Positions 28,794 through 37,319 of a stretch of DNA of 45,505 nucleotides are shown here, one piece after another. This stretch comes from Fodinibius sp. (lineage in GTDB: Bacteria; Bacteroidota; Rhodothermia; Balneolales; Balneolaceae): positions 1-45,505 of the forward strand of contig DATGUX010000414.1 in the NCBI GenBank assembly GCA_035300985.1. Reading direction: 5' to 3'. The stretch's first letter is position 1, and each line of letters starts with the position of its first letter. Both the position numbers and the translations under genes were made by a program. The notes beneath the pieces were generated by a model. It was not told where the DNA came from and ran no database searches. It saw only the letters and a list, made by a program, of their open reading frames with translations.

Positions 28794-28976
28794 ATGGCCA
28801 AAATCAATTTAGAAGGTCAAATACCCGGTCGTGAAAACGCCCCCTCTGCCTATACTATAAATGGGGCCGAAGAGATGAGTATCGAGGAATTAGTGGAAAG
28901 TATCCGTGAAAAGATTCAGCTCATCCGTACAAAGAAAGCTCGAAACAGCCGCTTCCGGTCGCCCAAAGCCAACTAA
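28794..28976 (+). CDS. Small hypothetical protein (60 aa)
   Basis: MAKINLEGQ...; fills the gap in an apparent operon. Confidence 0.5.
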   Translation: MAKINLEGQIPGRENAPSAYTINGAEEMSIEELVESIREKIQLIRTKKARNSRFRSPKAN

Positions 28977-29003
28977 TCACTTAAAACAAACTATACGATA
29001 CAT

Positions 29004-29189
29004 ATGGATAAATTAGATATTGACGGTACCTGGCCCTCGAAGAAAGCGAAGCTTCAACAGAATTTTGCTCAGCTAACTGATCAGGATCTGCAATATAGCA
29101 AGGGCCAGGAAGAAGCACTTGTAGGGCGCATTCAACAACGCCTGGAAGTGCCTAAAGTAATTGCAGAGAAAATCATCCGATACTCCTGA
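29004..29189 (+). CDS. CsbD-like general stress protein, copy 3
   Basis: IDGTWPSKKAKLQQNFAQLTDQDLQYSKGQEEALVGRIQQRL, closest of the five to canonical CsbD/YjbJ. Confidence 0.85.
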   Translation: MDKLDIDGTWPSKKAKLQQNFAQLTDQDLQYSKGQEEALVGRIQQRLEVPKVIAEKIIRYS

Positions 29190-29326
29190 TCCTTAAAGGT
29201 TCTTTCTTCTAAACTCTACAAGCAAATTATGTAGATGCGGCCCCAATAAGCACAGCCGCTGTTACCGCCCGCTTATTGTGTTATGTCCCTTAATACTAAC
29301 CTTTGAATATAGAAGGAAACAAACTG

Positions 29327-29512
29327 ATGTTAAATAATGAGTACATAACAAACTGGCCGGCCAAACGACAACGATTAAAGGATAAGTATCCCCAACTTAC
29401 CGAGGATGATCTGGGCTATATAGCCGGCAAAGAACATAAACTATATCGGCGCATTGGCCGGCGATTGGGTACATCCAAGAACGAAACCCGGGATATGCTC
29501 CGTAAAATTTAA
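29327..29512 (+). CDS. CsbD-like general stress protein, copy 4
   Basis: ITNWPAKRQRLKDKYPQLTEDDLGYIAGKE...RIGRRL. Confidence 0.8.
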   Translation: MLNNEYITNWPAKRQRLKDKYPQLTEDDLGYIAGKEHKLYRRIGRRLGTSKNETRDMLRKI

Positions 29513-29696
29513 TGCGTGAATCCTTTGATATGCAAGATATAAGCTACGAGCGAAAGCTTTCTGTCATATAGTTATTATATGCAGCGAGTATCTATACTTG
29601 TTTCCGGTTATGTGTGATAGCTTCCGGAATCTTCTCAGGCAGGGCCGCAGCTGGCTGGTACAAGGCTGCTTAGAAAACAGAAAACAAAATAAACCG

Positions 29697-29909
29697 ATGA
29701 TGAAAGACTTAGACACGTCCGACCCGAAAGCACATTCCCAAAATATAAAAAAAGAACTGCAAGCATTAGCCGATCACATGCGAAAAGATATAACCCGGGT
29801 GGACGACCCGCGAGCCAAAGCTCTGTTCGAAACCGGAGCTGAAGTTTTGCTAGGGTTAAAAACAGCTTTCAGTGACTACGGAAAAGGAGAAGAAGAAGCT
29901 TGGCAATAA
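29697..29909 (+). CDS. Small helical hypothetical protein
   Basis: DPKAHSQNIKKEL...DHMRKDI.RVDDPRAKALFETGAEVL.GL..AF.DY...EEAW. Confidence 0.75.
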   Translation: MMKDLDTSDPKAHSQNIKKELQALADHMRKDITRVDDPRAKALFETGAEVLLGLKTAFSDYGKGEEEAWQ

Positions 29910-30063
29910 TCATTATGATAAAAAATATAATGAATACCGCTTCCCCCGCCGGCCTCTATTCTTATGGGAGTAATGGCAGCCGCGGTATTTTCGCCGTGTT
30001 GAGACAACCATTTCTTGGGGGATAAGGGAATAATCCGGGAGGTTTGGGAGGAAGCCCCCCGCG

Positions 30064-31242
30064 CTATGGGGTTGCTTTTGACCGTTGAGGTTCTTTCCCG
30101 GCCCCGCCGCCCCGGTCATGCGGTGGGATTGGGATGTAGCCGCCGGAAACCCCATGGGGAGAGAGCACAATTTGCCATAGCTGCAGCCGACGCGACCGAA
30201 ATCCACCGGCGGAAGAGAGCAGGTAGTATTTCCACATGCGGTAAAAGCGCTCAGAATAGTTGTTTTTGAGCTTCGGCCAGGCTTCTTCGAAGTTTTTATG
30301 CCACGCCATCAGCGTGCGATCATAATCACAGCCTACATTATCCCACTGCTCCATCACAAATAATTTTTCAATAGCATCGCCAATTTGGCGGATCGAGGGG
30401 ATCATGGAGTTTGGAAAAATATACTTTGTGGTCCAGGGATTGGACGTTCGCACCGAACGGTTTCCGCCAATGCAATACAGCAGAAATAGCCCGTCCCGCT
30501 TTAGGTGGTTATAAGCCGTTTGCATAAAGGAGTTATAGTTTTTGTATCCCACATGCTCAAACATGCCCAGTGATACGATATGATCAAACCGGCCCTCCAC
30601 CCTACGATAGTCCTGCAGCCGAATTTCGACCGGAAGCCCCTCGCACCGTTTTCTTCCCAGCTTGGCCTGTTCCTCCGATATCGTAACGCCAGTTACGTTC
30701 GCCCCATAATTTTCGGCGGCGTAGCGGGCAAAACTGGCCCATCCGCAGCCGATATCCAACACCGATTGCCCGGCCCGGAGGTTCAGCTTGCGGCACACGC
30801 GGTCTAATTTGGCCTCCTGGGCCTCGCTTAGGGTGTTGGCCTTGTGCCAGTCACCGCCGGTATATACCAGCCGGTCGTCAAGCATGGCCCCGTAAAGATC
30901 ATTGCCGCGATCATAATGCTCCCGGCCAACGTCATAGGCGCGGCTGCTGTTTTGCATATTCGTTATATACGCGCGAAGATAGGCCCAAACGGAGCGCAGA
31001 TTTATCCGAAAACCACGATCGACTTCGGCATCGAGGATGCGGTAAAAAAAGGCATCCAACCGCTCACACTCCCACCAGCCATCCATATAGGCTTCCCCAA
31101 GGCCCAGGGCCCCCTGGGTGAACACCCGCGGATATAACTGCTCATTGTGTACCCGCAGGTCCCAGGGGCGGGCGCCCCCGATCCGGATATCCGCCTTTGC
31201 CAGTGATGATTGTATTCGTTGTTTAAATGATTCGGTAACCAT
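30064..31242 (-). CDS. cfa: Cyclopropane-fatty-acyl-phospholipid synthase
   Basis: LGLGEAYMDGWW, HYDRGNDLY, VLDIGCGW, SLGMFEHVG, YIFPN, RMWKYYL. Confidence 0.93.
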   Translation of the reverse strand: MVTESFKQRIQSSLAKADIRIGGARPWDLRVHNEQLYPRVFTQGALGLGEAYMDGWWECERLDAFFYRILDAEVDRGFRINLRSVWAYLRAYITNMQNSSRAYDVGREHYDRGNDLYGAMLDDRLVYTGGDWHKANTLSEAQEAKLDRVCRKLNLRAGQSVLDIGCGWASFARYAAENYGANVTGVTISEEQAKLGRKRCEGLPVEIRLQDYRRVEGRFDHIVSLGMFEHVGYKNYNSFMQTAYNHLKRDGLFLLYCIGGNRSVRTSNPWTTKYIFPNSMIPSIRQIGDAIEKLFVMEQWDNVGCDYDRTLMAWHKNFEEAWPKLKNNYSERFYRMWKYYLLSSAGGFRSRRLQLWQIVLSPHGVSGGYIPIPPHDRGGGAGKEPQRSKATP

Positions 31243-31478
31243 GGTTTGGGCGTTTCCTCATTCCCCCCTTTATTTGATTTGGTTCTTGTTTTGGCCTACC
31301 TATTTTTCTCACGCTGTTGCTTGTTGGCTTGACTGTTAGCAACCGTTATTTCTGTACTTTTCGCTTTTCCTCCGTCCGCTAACTACATGAATAGGCCGTT
31401 GTGATAGCACCGGACATCAGCAACAGCCTGCTGAGTTTCGGTAATAGTTACATTTATTAAAAGCCCCCCGGCCGGTAG

Positions 31479-32162
31479 TCAGGCAGAACGATGTTTAATG
31501 GTATAAGTCATATTTAGGTCCCCGGAAAGGATATTATAAATCTCATACACCCCCAGGAGCGGCCGGTCCTCAATAGACTGATTGACCTGCATATACCCGC
31601 TGAGAGCGTCAAATTTAAAGCCGGTATTATAGTTAACGCGCTGCGCCGGAACCAGTACCCTAAGGATATCTTCTTGGAGCACAACCGAAAAGCCCGGCGA
31701 ATCCATATACATGGGCATTTGGGGATTGGTTGGAGGCAGGCAGCGGCTCATTTCGTGTTCCGCTATTTCCTCGACCGAGAATCCTCCTTCTACACGATCG
31801 TCCGGGGCAAGAGCTACCCAATGTGTATGATAGACTGCCCCGTCGTTGTCAAAATCACCGTCATTATTTTCATCCCAAAGCGGCGTGTCATCAAAATCAG
31901 GATGACTAACCACTGCCAGGGCAATAATGGAATTTGCGTCAGCATTAGTAAACCACACATCCCCGGGATCTAACGTTGTCGGGAAAACATATCCCAGCAC
32001 GGGCGCTCCATCTAATTCCCCGTGGGCCTGCGGGATCGTCCCGCCAGCCTCCCCGCGGACCTGTAGTTGAAAAACCAGCAGGTCCAGCTCATCAAGATAT
32101 TCAACTTTGGCGCTGCTTAGCTCAAGATCATCCGTTTTATCGGTAGGGGCTATGTTCTTCAT
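31479..32162 (-). CDS. Hypothetical protein with Asp/His-rich motifs
   Basis: GAPVLGYVFPTTL, SHPDFDDTPLWDENNDGDFDNDG, HTHW; start likely MKNIAP at 32162. Confidence 0.8.
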   Translation of the reverse strand: MKNIAPTDKTDDLELSSAKVEYLDELDLLVFQLQVRGEAGGTIPQAHGELDGAPVLGYVFPTTLDPGDVWFTNADANSIIALAVVSHPDFDDTPLWDENNDGDFDNDGAVYHTHWVALAPDDRVEGGFSVEEIAEHEMSRCLPPTNPQMPMYMDSPGFSVVLQEDILRVLVPAQRVNYNTGFKFDALSGYMQVNQSIEDRPLLGVYEIYNILSGDLNMTYTIKHRSA

Positions 32163-32287
32163 TCTGTTATTTTTTTTGAATTTAGAATAAGATTCTTCAA
32201 CAACCGGCTTCCTTCCGGCAGTCATATAATTTTCAACGCGCGATATCCATCGGCGGGTTCATACTATCCGGCGGTATATTCTGCTAT

Positions 32288-32650
32288 TTAGCTCAATAGC
32301 TTACAAACTGGCTCAATGCCATTTTGGGCGTGGACCCGTTTCATCAGGGTAAGGTCCCCCCCGGACAGCCGGGCCACGCTGACGGCGGGTGCCTGAAGGA
32401 GCTGCCGGGCATCAATATCTAAATAGCACAATGCGAGGCGGGCATCATCAAAGGTTACAGAAGAGCCGGGAACGGCCAAATGCCAGTGCTTCTGGCCGGT
32501 AAAGGTGGAATAGCAGGAAATAATAAAAAGCGTTATCCCGCTTTCGGGATGAATTAGGGTATACTCGATAACCCCAATGGGGACTCCTTTAGCTGTAAGT
32601 ACTTTTGTGCCTCTTATTTTACTTACTTGCCGATGTTGGCCAGATGCCAT
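32288..32650 (-). CDS. Divergent PRC-barrel-like protein
   Basis: SKIRGTKVLTAKGVPIG...AVP...LDID...L.QAP; aligns by eye with 13711..14073; CAGGAG RBS. Confidence 0.65.
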   Translation of the reverse strand: MASGQHRQVSKIRGTKVLTAKGVPIGVIEYTLIHPESGITLFIISCYSTFTGQKHWHLAVPGSSVTFDDARLALCYLDIDARQLLQAPAVSVARLSGGDLTLMKRVHAQNGIEPVCKLLS

Positions 32651-32700
32651 GATAATTCTCCTGTAAATATGTTTAATTGTTACGAATAACGGGCACAGCG

Positions 32701-33081
32701 TCACGGATTGTTTTCCGGGTCCTGCGTTGCCGGAGCAGCCAGTTCTTCATATAGATAAAGCTCAAATACCGTAGGGTAGTCCGGAACAAATGCCGGCACG
32801 GCCGGGGCCATCACGCCCAATACCTTGGGGAGGACGTCTTTATCAATGTTCAGTATTAGCGAGCCGCGGTGGTTAAAACCCATCTGTGAGGGATGGGCGG
32901 AAATGGCGTAATAACGGTTGCGGCCGCTGCCGCCTGGTGGGGTGCGTTTTAAAATAACGTAGCCGGGGCTATCGGAGTCCCGGCCCGTCAGCAGCCTTTC
33001 CATGGTGCCCAGCAGCTCCCCACGGTGACTGAAGATCCAGGTCCCCACTTTATTAGATAATATTTCTTTTGATAAGGCCAT
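32701..33081 (-). CDS. Divergent PRC-barrel-like protein
   Basis: VGTWIFSHRGELLG...PGYVILK...RYYAI...LNIDK; start reassigned to ATG 33081. Confidence 0.65.
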   Translation of the reverse strand: MALSKEILSNKVGTWIFSHRGELLGTMERLLTGRDSDSPGYVILKRTPPGGSGRNRYYAISAHPSQMGFNHRGSLILNIDKDVLPKVLGVMAPAVPAFVPDYPTVFELYLYEELAAPATQDPENNP

Positions 33082-33118
33082 AGGCAGAGGCTGTCGTAAA
33101 TAGTTTTTACCCGGTCTT

Positions 33119-33304
33119 TTAAATCTGCCGCACGATATGGCGCGTTTCTTCGGGGGAGATATCCAACCGCCGGGCAATGGCTTCGATCAGTTGGTCTTCT
33201 TCACCCGGGGTATATGAGAGATCCTCCTCCGTAAGGTCGGGGTATTTGTTTTTTAATAGTACTTTCTTCTCGGTCCAGTTCTCACGTAACTTTAATTGTT
33301 TCAT
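33119..33304 (-). CDS. CsbD-like general stress protein, copy 5
   Basis: NWTEKKVLLKNKYPDLTEEDLSYTPGEEDQL...IARRL. Confidence 0.8.
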   Translation of the reverse strand: MKQLKLRENWTEKKVLLKNKYPDLTEEDLSYTPGEEDQLIEAIARRLDISPEETRHIVRQI

Positions 33305-33386
33305 GTTTATATCTTTTTGCTCAATTTAGCTAAGCACGGATTTTATTTTATCTTACCGATAGATACCAAAGAACGGCTATCTTTGC

Positions 33387-33428
33387 TATAGAACAGATTG
33401 CTATTAGTCTGTAGTGAAAATTGCTATG
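33387..33428. promoter_or_regulatory. Tandem boxes TATAG-AACAGATTG-CTATT and TGTAG-TGAAAATTG-CTATG
   Basis: Two motif copies starting 23 bp apart, in the divergent gap between the CsbD/PRC operon and the response regulator. Confidence 0.65.
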
Positions 33429-33714
33429 GCCAGCATCATTTGGGCTGCATCTCATACCACACATCACGGAACTTACTCCCCTTTTCTATGTTAAACGATT
33501 CCTGGGTGACCATTTTATGGGTGTTTGGAGGCCGCATTAAGTTAGGCCCTATATTATCAGTTAACTCAGTTGTCGGACAAAATTAAAAAAGGAGGGAATA
33601 CTTTTTTACAACAACTTTCTCTGGGTTTATTATTTTACTTCTTATTAAAGGCAGAGAGGGAATGCCTTTAATAATAAACAATACACAATTATTAACTGTT
33701 TTAATTATCCTGCC

Positions 33715-34344
33715 ATGATTGAGGTACTAATTACTGATGACCACCCGCTGATGCGGGAAGGGATAAAGAAAGTCATCAACGGTGAAATAGATATAGAAGT
33801 GATCGGAGAAGCCCAAAATGGGGGAAAAGCGCTCTCATTACTGCGAGATAAGCTGCCGGACCTGCTCATCCTGGATATCACGATGCCCGGCAAGAGTGGA
33901 CTTGACTTGCTAAAAAATATCCAACATGAATTCTTAGAGCTTCCGGTCCTCATTCTCAGTATTCATCCGGCCAGGCGCTTCGCCCTCCGGGCCTTACAGG
34001 CGGGTGCCCGCGGATACCTGTGTAAATCCAGCATATCGGTGGAGCTGGTCAGCGCCATCCGCCAAATTGTGCAGCAGAAGCGCAAATATATTACGCCCGA
34101 GGTGGCCCAGCTGCTGGCCGGACAGTTTGATGAAGAGGCCTCCCGGCATGAGACCTTATCGGACCGTGAATTTGAAGTGTTGCTCATGATAGCCCAGGGC
34201 CTGACGATCAGTAAAATCGCAACCGAGCTTAACCTAAGTTCCCATACGATCCACACCTATCGGGCACGGATCAAAGAAAAGATGCACCTGGCCTCTAATG
34301 TGGAAATGACCCGTTATGCCATCAATAACGGGCTGGTCGACTGA
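33715..34344 (+). CDS. NarL/UvrY-family response regulator (REC + LuxR HTH)
   Basis: TDDH, LDITMPG phospho-acceptor, GARGYLCK, LSDREFEVL...IATELNLS...TYRARIKEK. Confidence 0.93.
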   Translation: MIEVLITDDHPLMREGIKKVINGEIDIEVIGEAQNGGKALSLLRDKLPDLLILDITMPGKSGLDLLKNIQHEFLELPVLILSIHPARRFALRALQAGARGYLCKSSISVELVSAIRQIVQQKRKYITPEVAQLLAGQFDEEASRHETLSDREFEVLLMIAQGLTISKIATELNLSSHTIHTYRARIKEKMHLASNVEMTRYAINNGLVD

Positions 34345-34644
34345 TGGAACACCCCTGTTGCGGCTATACCAGGGCGCTGTAACTCAACCATAGTATCAGG
34401 GCTCTGGGGAGCAATCAGAAGTAAGTGTTCAACAGCTCGGGCCGGAACTCTTCAAGTGAGAGGTTCAACTATCCTGTCTTGGTATCGGAGGCATAACCTC
34501 AACACTTGGTGAAAAGATCTACGTAATGTCCCAGAAATAACCACACAAAAATCGAACGCAGTGATACAAATCCTTACTTAAAGCATTCTTATCTTACCAA
34601 ATCAGCGAGCATTCGGCATACTACCTGCAAAAATACCCTCTATT

Positions 34645-35643
34645 ATGACTGACAATTCGAATCACCGAGCGGTTCCGGACACGATGGCTGCAATCGCCAT
34701 CGACCGTTTTGGCGGCGCCGATGAACTAAAAGTCCAAACCCTGCCGGTCCCTAAGCCGGGCCCTGATGAAGTGCTCATTAAGGTGCATACCGCCGGCGTC
34801 GGGGTCTGGGACCCACCCGACCGGGAAGGGGCTTTAGCGAAAATGCGTGATACTAAGCCAAGCTTCCCCTATATCCTCGGGCGCGACGGCGCCGGCACTA
34901 TTGCCAGCGTTGGTGAGCGGGTGACCCAATTGCAGGAGGGGGACCGAGTGTATGCCTACGGACCATCTGATCCCCAGGCTAATCTGTATGCCCAGTATGC
35001 TACGGCCAATATTAAAAATGTGGCCCCTGTACCTGAAAGCCTTGGTTTTAGGGAAGCCGGCGTACTGCCTACGGATGGAGTGACGGCCCTTTGCGGATTA
35101 GAGCGGGCGTTAAACTTACAAGCCGGTGAAACCCTCCTCGTCTTTGGAGCAAGCGGCGGATTGGGACACCTGGCCGTTCAGCTCGCTAAACGGATGGGCG
35201 TACAGGTTTCTGCCATCGCCTCTGGCGAAGATGGGGTAGCCCTTGCTCAGAAGCTGGGAGCAGATGCTGCCGTAGATGGGCACAAAGATGAAATGATTAC
35301 TGTGGCCCAGGCGGCTGCCCCTGACGGCTTTGACGCAGCTCTCCTGTGCGCCGGTGGAGAAACAGCCGACCGGGCGCTGGCGCTCGTCCGCGAGGGCGGC
35401 CGCGCGGCCTACCCCCATGGCGTTACACCAGAGCCCAAAGGCCCTCCGGAAATTACTATACAGGCCTACAACGGAGAAGCTTCCGCCGAAATATTTGAAA
35501 AGCTCAATCATTTAATTAATGCAGGCCCCTTTACCGTTCATATATCCCACACGTTCCCACTCTCGGAAGCCGCTGAAGCACACCGGATGCTGGAGGAGCA
35601 TTTTCTCGGCAGAATTGCGCTGGATTGTACTTTCAGTCACTAA
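34645..35643 (+). CDS. NADP-dependent oxidoreductase, MDR/quinone oxidoreductase family
   Basis: FGGADEL...P.PGPDEVLIKV, LGRDGAG, FGASGGLG, FPLSEAAEAH. Confidence 0.88.
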   Translation: MTDNSNHRAVPDTMAAIAIDRFGGADELKVQTLPVPKPGPDEVLIKVHTAGVGVWDPPDREGALAKMRDTKPSFPYILGRDGAGTIASVGERVTQLQEGDRVYAYGPSDPQANLYAQYATANIKNVAPVPESLGFREAGVLPTDGVTALCGLERALNLQAGETLLVFGASGGLGHLAVQLAKRMGVQVSAIASGEDGVALAQKLGADAAVDGHKDEMITVAQAAAPDGFDAALLCAGGETADRALALVREGGRAAYPHGVTPEPKGPPEITIQAYNGEASAEIFEKLNHLINAGPFTVHISHTFPLSEAAEAHRMLEEHFLGRIALDCTFSH

Positions 35644-35827
35644 CCCCAACTGTTAATTTTGCTGTCTGCATCTGAGGAACAAATTATGCCGCGATATTTT
35701 GCCGGTCGAATAGTAACGCATATTTTGAGACATAGGCCCCGGCCGCTTTTGAATGATTATACCTGCATTCTTAGGACGAGCAAAATAGAATTATTCATCC
35801 GTTTTGTTTTAAAACCAGACAAAAATC

Positions 35828-36394
35828 ATGAGTAGCACCCACTCAACTATACACATACTCGGCATCCCCGGTAGCTTGCGTGAAGAATCGTTTAATAAAG
35901 GACTGCTTTATGCCGCCCAGGAGGAGGCACCGGAGAATGTCAAAATTGAAATTTTTGAATTGGATGAAATTCCCTTTTTCAACCAGGATGTTGAGGCACA
36001 GGGCGATCCCGAACCGGTACAAGAGTTAAAAGCAGCGATTGATCAGGCTGACGCTGTGCTTATCGCCACGCCCGAGTATCAGCACGGGATACCCGGAGTA
36101 CTCAAAAACGCACTCGATTGGGCTTCACGAATGCCGGGAGAATCGCCGTTGAATAGGAAAATAGTCGGCATGATGGGCGCCACAATAAGCCCGGTAGGCA
36201 CAGCCCGATCGCAAGTTCATTTGCATGAAATCCTCATTTACAATCAGTGCCACATCGTGGCAGCTCCCGAGGTATTGGTGGCCAATGCACCCGATAAGTT
36301 TGAAAACGGTCGCTTCAGTGATGATGAAGGCCGCAAATTCATTCGTCAACATTTGGAAGCTCTCACCGATGAAGTGAAAAAAGCTGAGCGGTAG
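35828..36394 (+). CDS. NADPH-dependent FMN reductase (ChrR-like)
   Basis: GSLR..SFN, ATPEY.HGIPGVLKNALDWASR. Confidence 0.9.
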   Translation: MSSTHSTIHILGIPGSLREESFNKGLLYAAQEEAPENVKIEIFELDEIPFFNQDVEAQGDPEPVQELKAAIDQADAVLIATPEYQHGIPGVLKNALDWASRMPGESPLNRKIVGMMGATISPVGTARSQVHLHEILIYNQCHIVAAPEVLVANAPDKFENGRFSDDEGRKFIRQHLEALTDEVKKAER

Positions 36395-36546
36395 TATCAA
36401 AAGAAGCCCTTCTAATTGCCTGTATCCTATTAGTGAAGATGCATAGTAGCCACAGGCTTCTTTATACCCATTTTGCCTTATATACTATAGGCTTTTTTAA
36501 GCATCGCGGTATTTTTTAGTCATGAATTTTAAACAGGTCGCCGATA

Positions 36547-37092
36547 TTATTTTCCTTGCAACCCCACATCCTCGAGTGCTTCTCCGGTTGGCTTTATGAG
36601 ATACCAGTCAGCGCCATATTCATTTTTATCATGGCCGTTTACATCTCCTGGCTCTTTGTCGTCTATATAATAATACAGCGGATAACCATCATAAGTTACC
36701 TGTGTCGTCCCGTTCTTACGCTCAGTGGTTCCCAGCAGGGTGGTATCAACCTTGGCTCCGGCCGCAATATTCCCACCGCTTGTCAGCACAGGTGGCCAGG
36801 CCTCTGCACATTCATCATAGCAGGTGCTTTTAGAAACTGATCGGTGCAGCTCAGCATCTTTGTTGAATAGATAAAGGCTCATACCTGCGGCATCGGTCAA
36901 ATAATTGCCGAATGGTTTTTTCTCATATACTTCAATCCCGACGCCTTTTTCTTGCCTCTGGACAGAACTGTCACTCTTTTGCGTGATATGCTCTTCCGTT
37001 TGGTCCGTCTGGGGTTGATTGCTGCATGATACCAGCAAGAGTCCGGTTAAAGCACAAATACATACCTGAAACTTAATTTTAAGTGATTTCAT
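36547..37092 (-). CDS. COG4315-type lipoprotein with Yx(FWY)xxD repeats
   Basis: Lipobox LVSC; G.SLYLFNKD, C...CAEAWPP, QVTYDGYPLYYY..D..PGD. Confidence 0.82.
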   Translation of the reverse strand: MKSLKIKFQVCICALTGLLLVSCSNQPQTDQTEEHITQKSDSSVQRQEKGVGIEVYEKKPFGNYLTDAAGMSLYLFNKDAELHRSVSKSTCYDECAEAWPPVLTSGGNIAAGAKVDTTLLGTTERKNGTTQVTYDGYPLYYYIDDKEPGDVNGHDKNEYGADWYLIKPTGEALEDVGLQGK

Positions 37093-37319
37093 GGCTAAAA
37101 AGCTTAGCTGGTTAAAACTACTATGTTTATACATAAGGTAATAACAGCCTCTGATGTTCCCTCCTATAATCACGATATTAGCGGGCCATAAAAAATTAGC
37201 ATACTTACTTATAAGTAGTTGGGTCAGGTGATAACATTTTCAGCCGCGTATGCTCTATAAACCGCCGGGCATTCACCGGTGGGTAGTTTATTCTTCGCCC
37301 ATGCTTGATCCTATTTCTG

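Noticed and set aside
33387-33428. OxyR-type site interpretation of the tandem palindromes
   Set aside because: OxyR uses ATAG-N7-CTAT; the spacer here is consistently 9 nt, and no LysR gene is in the window. Not fully excluded.
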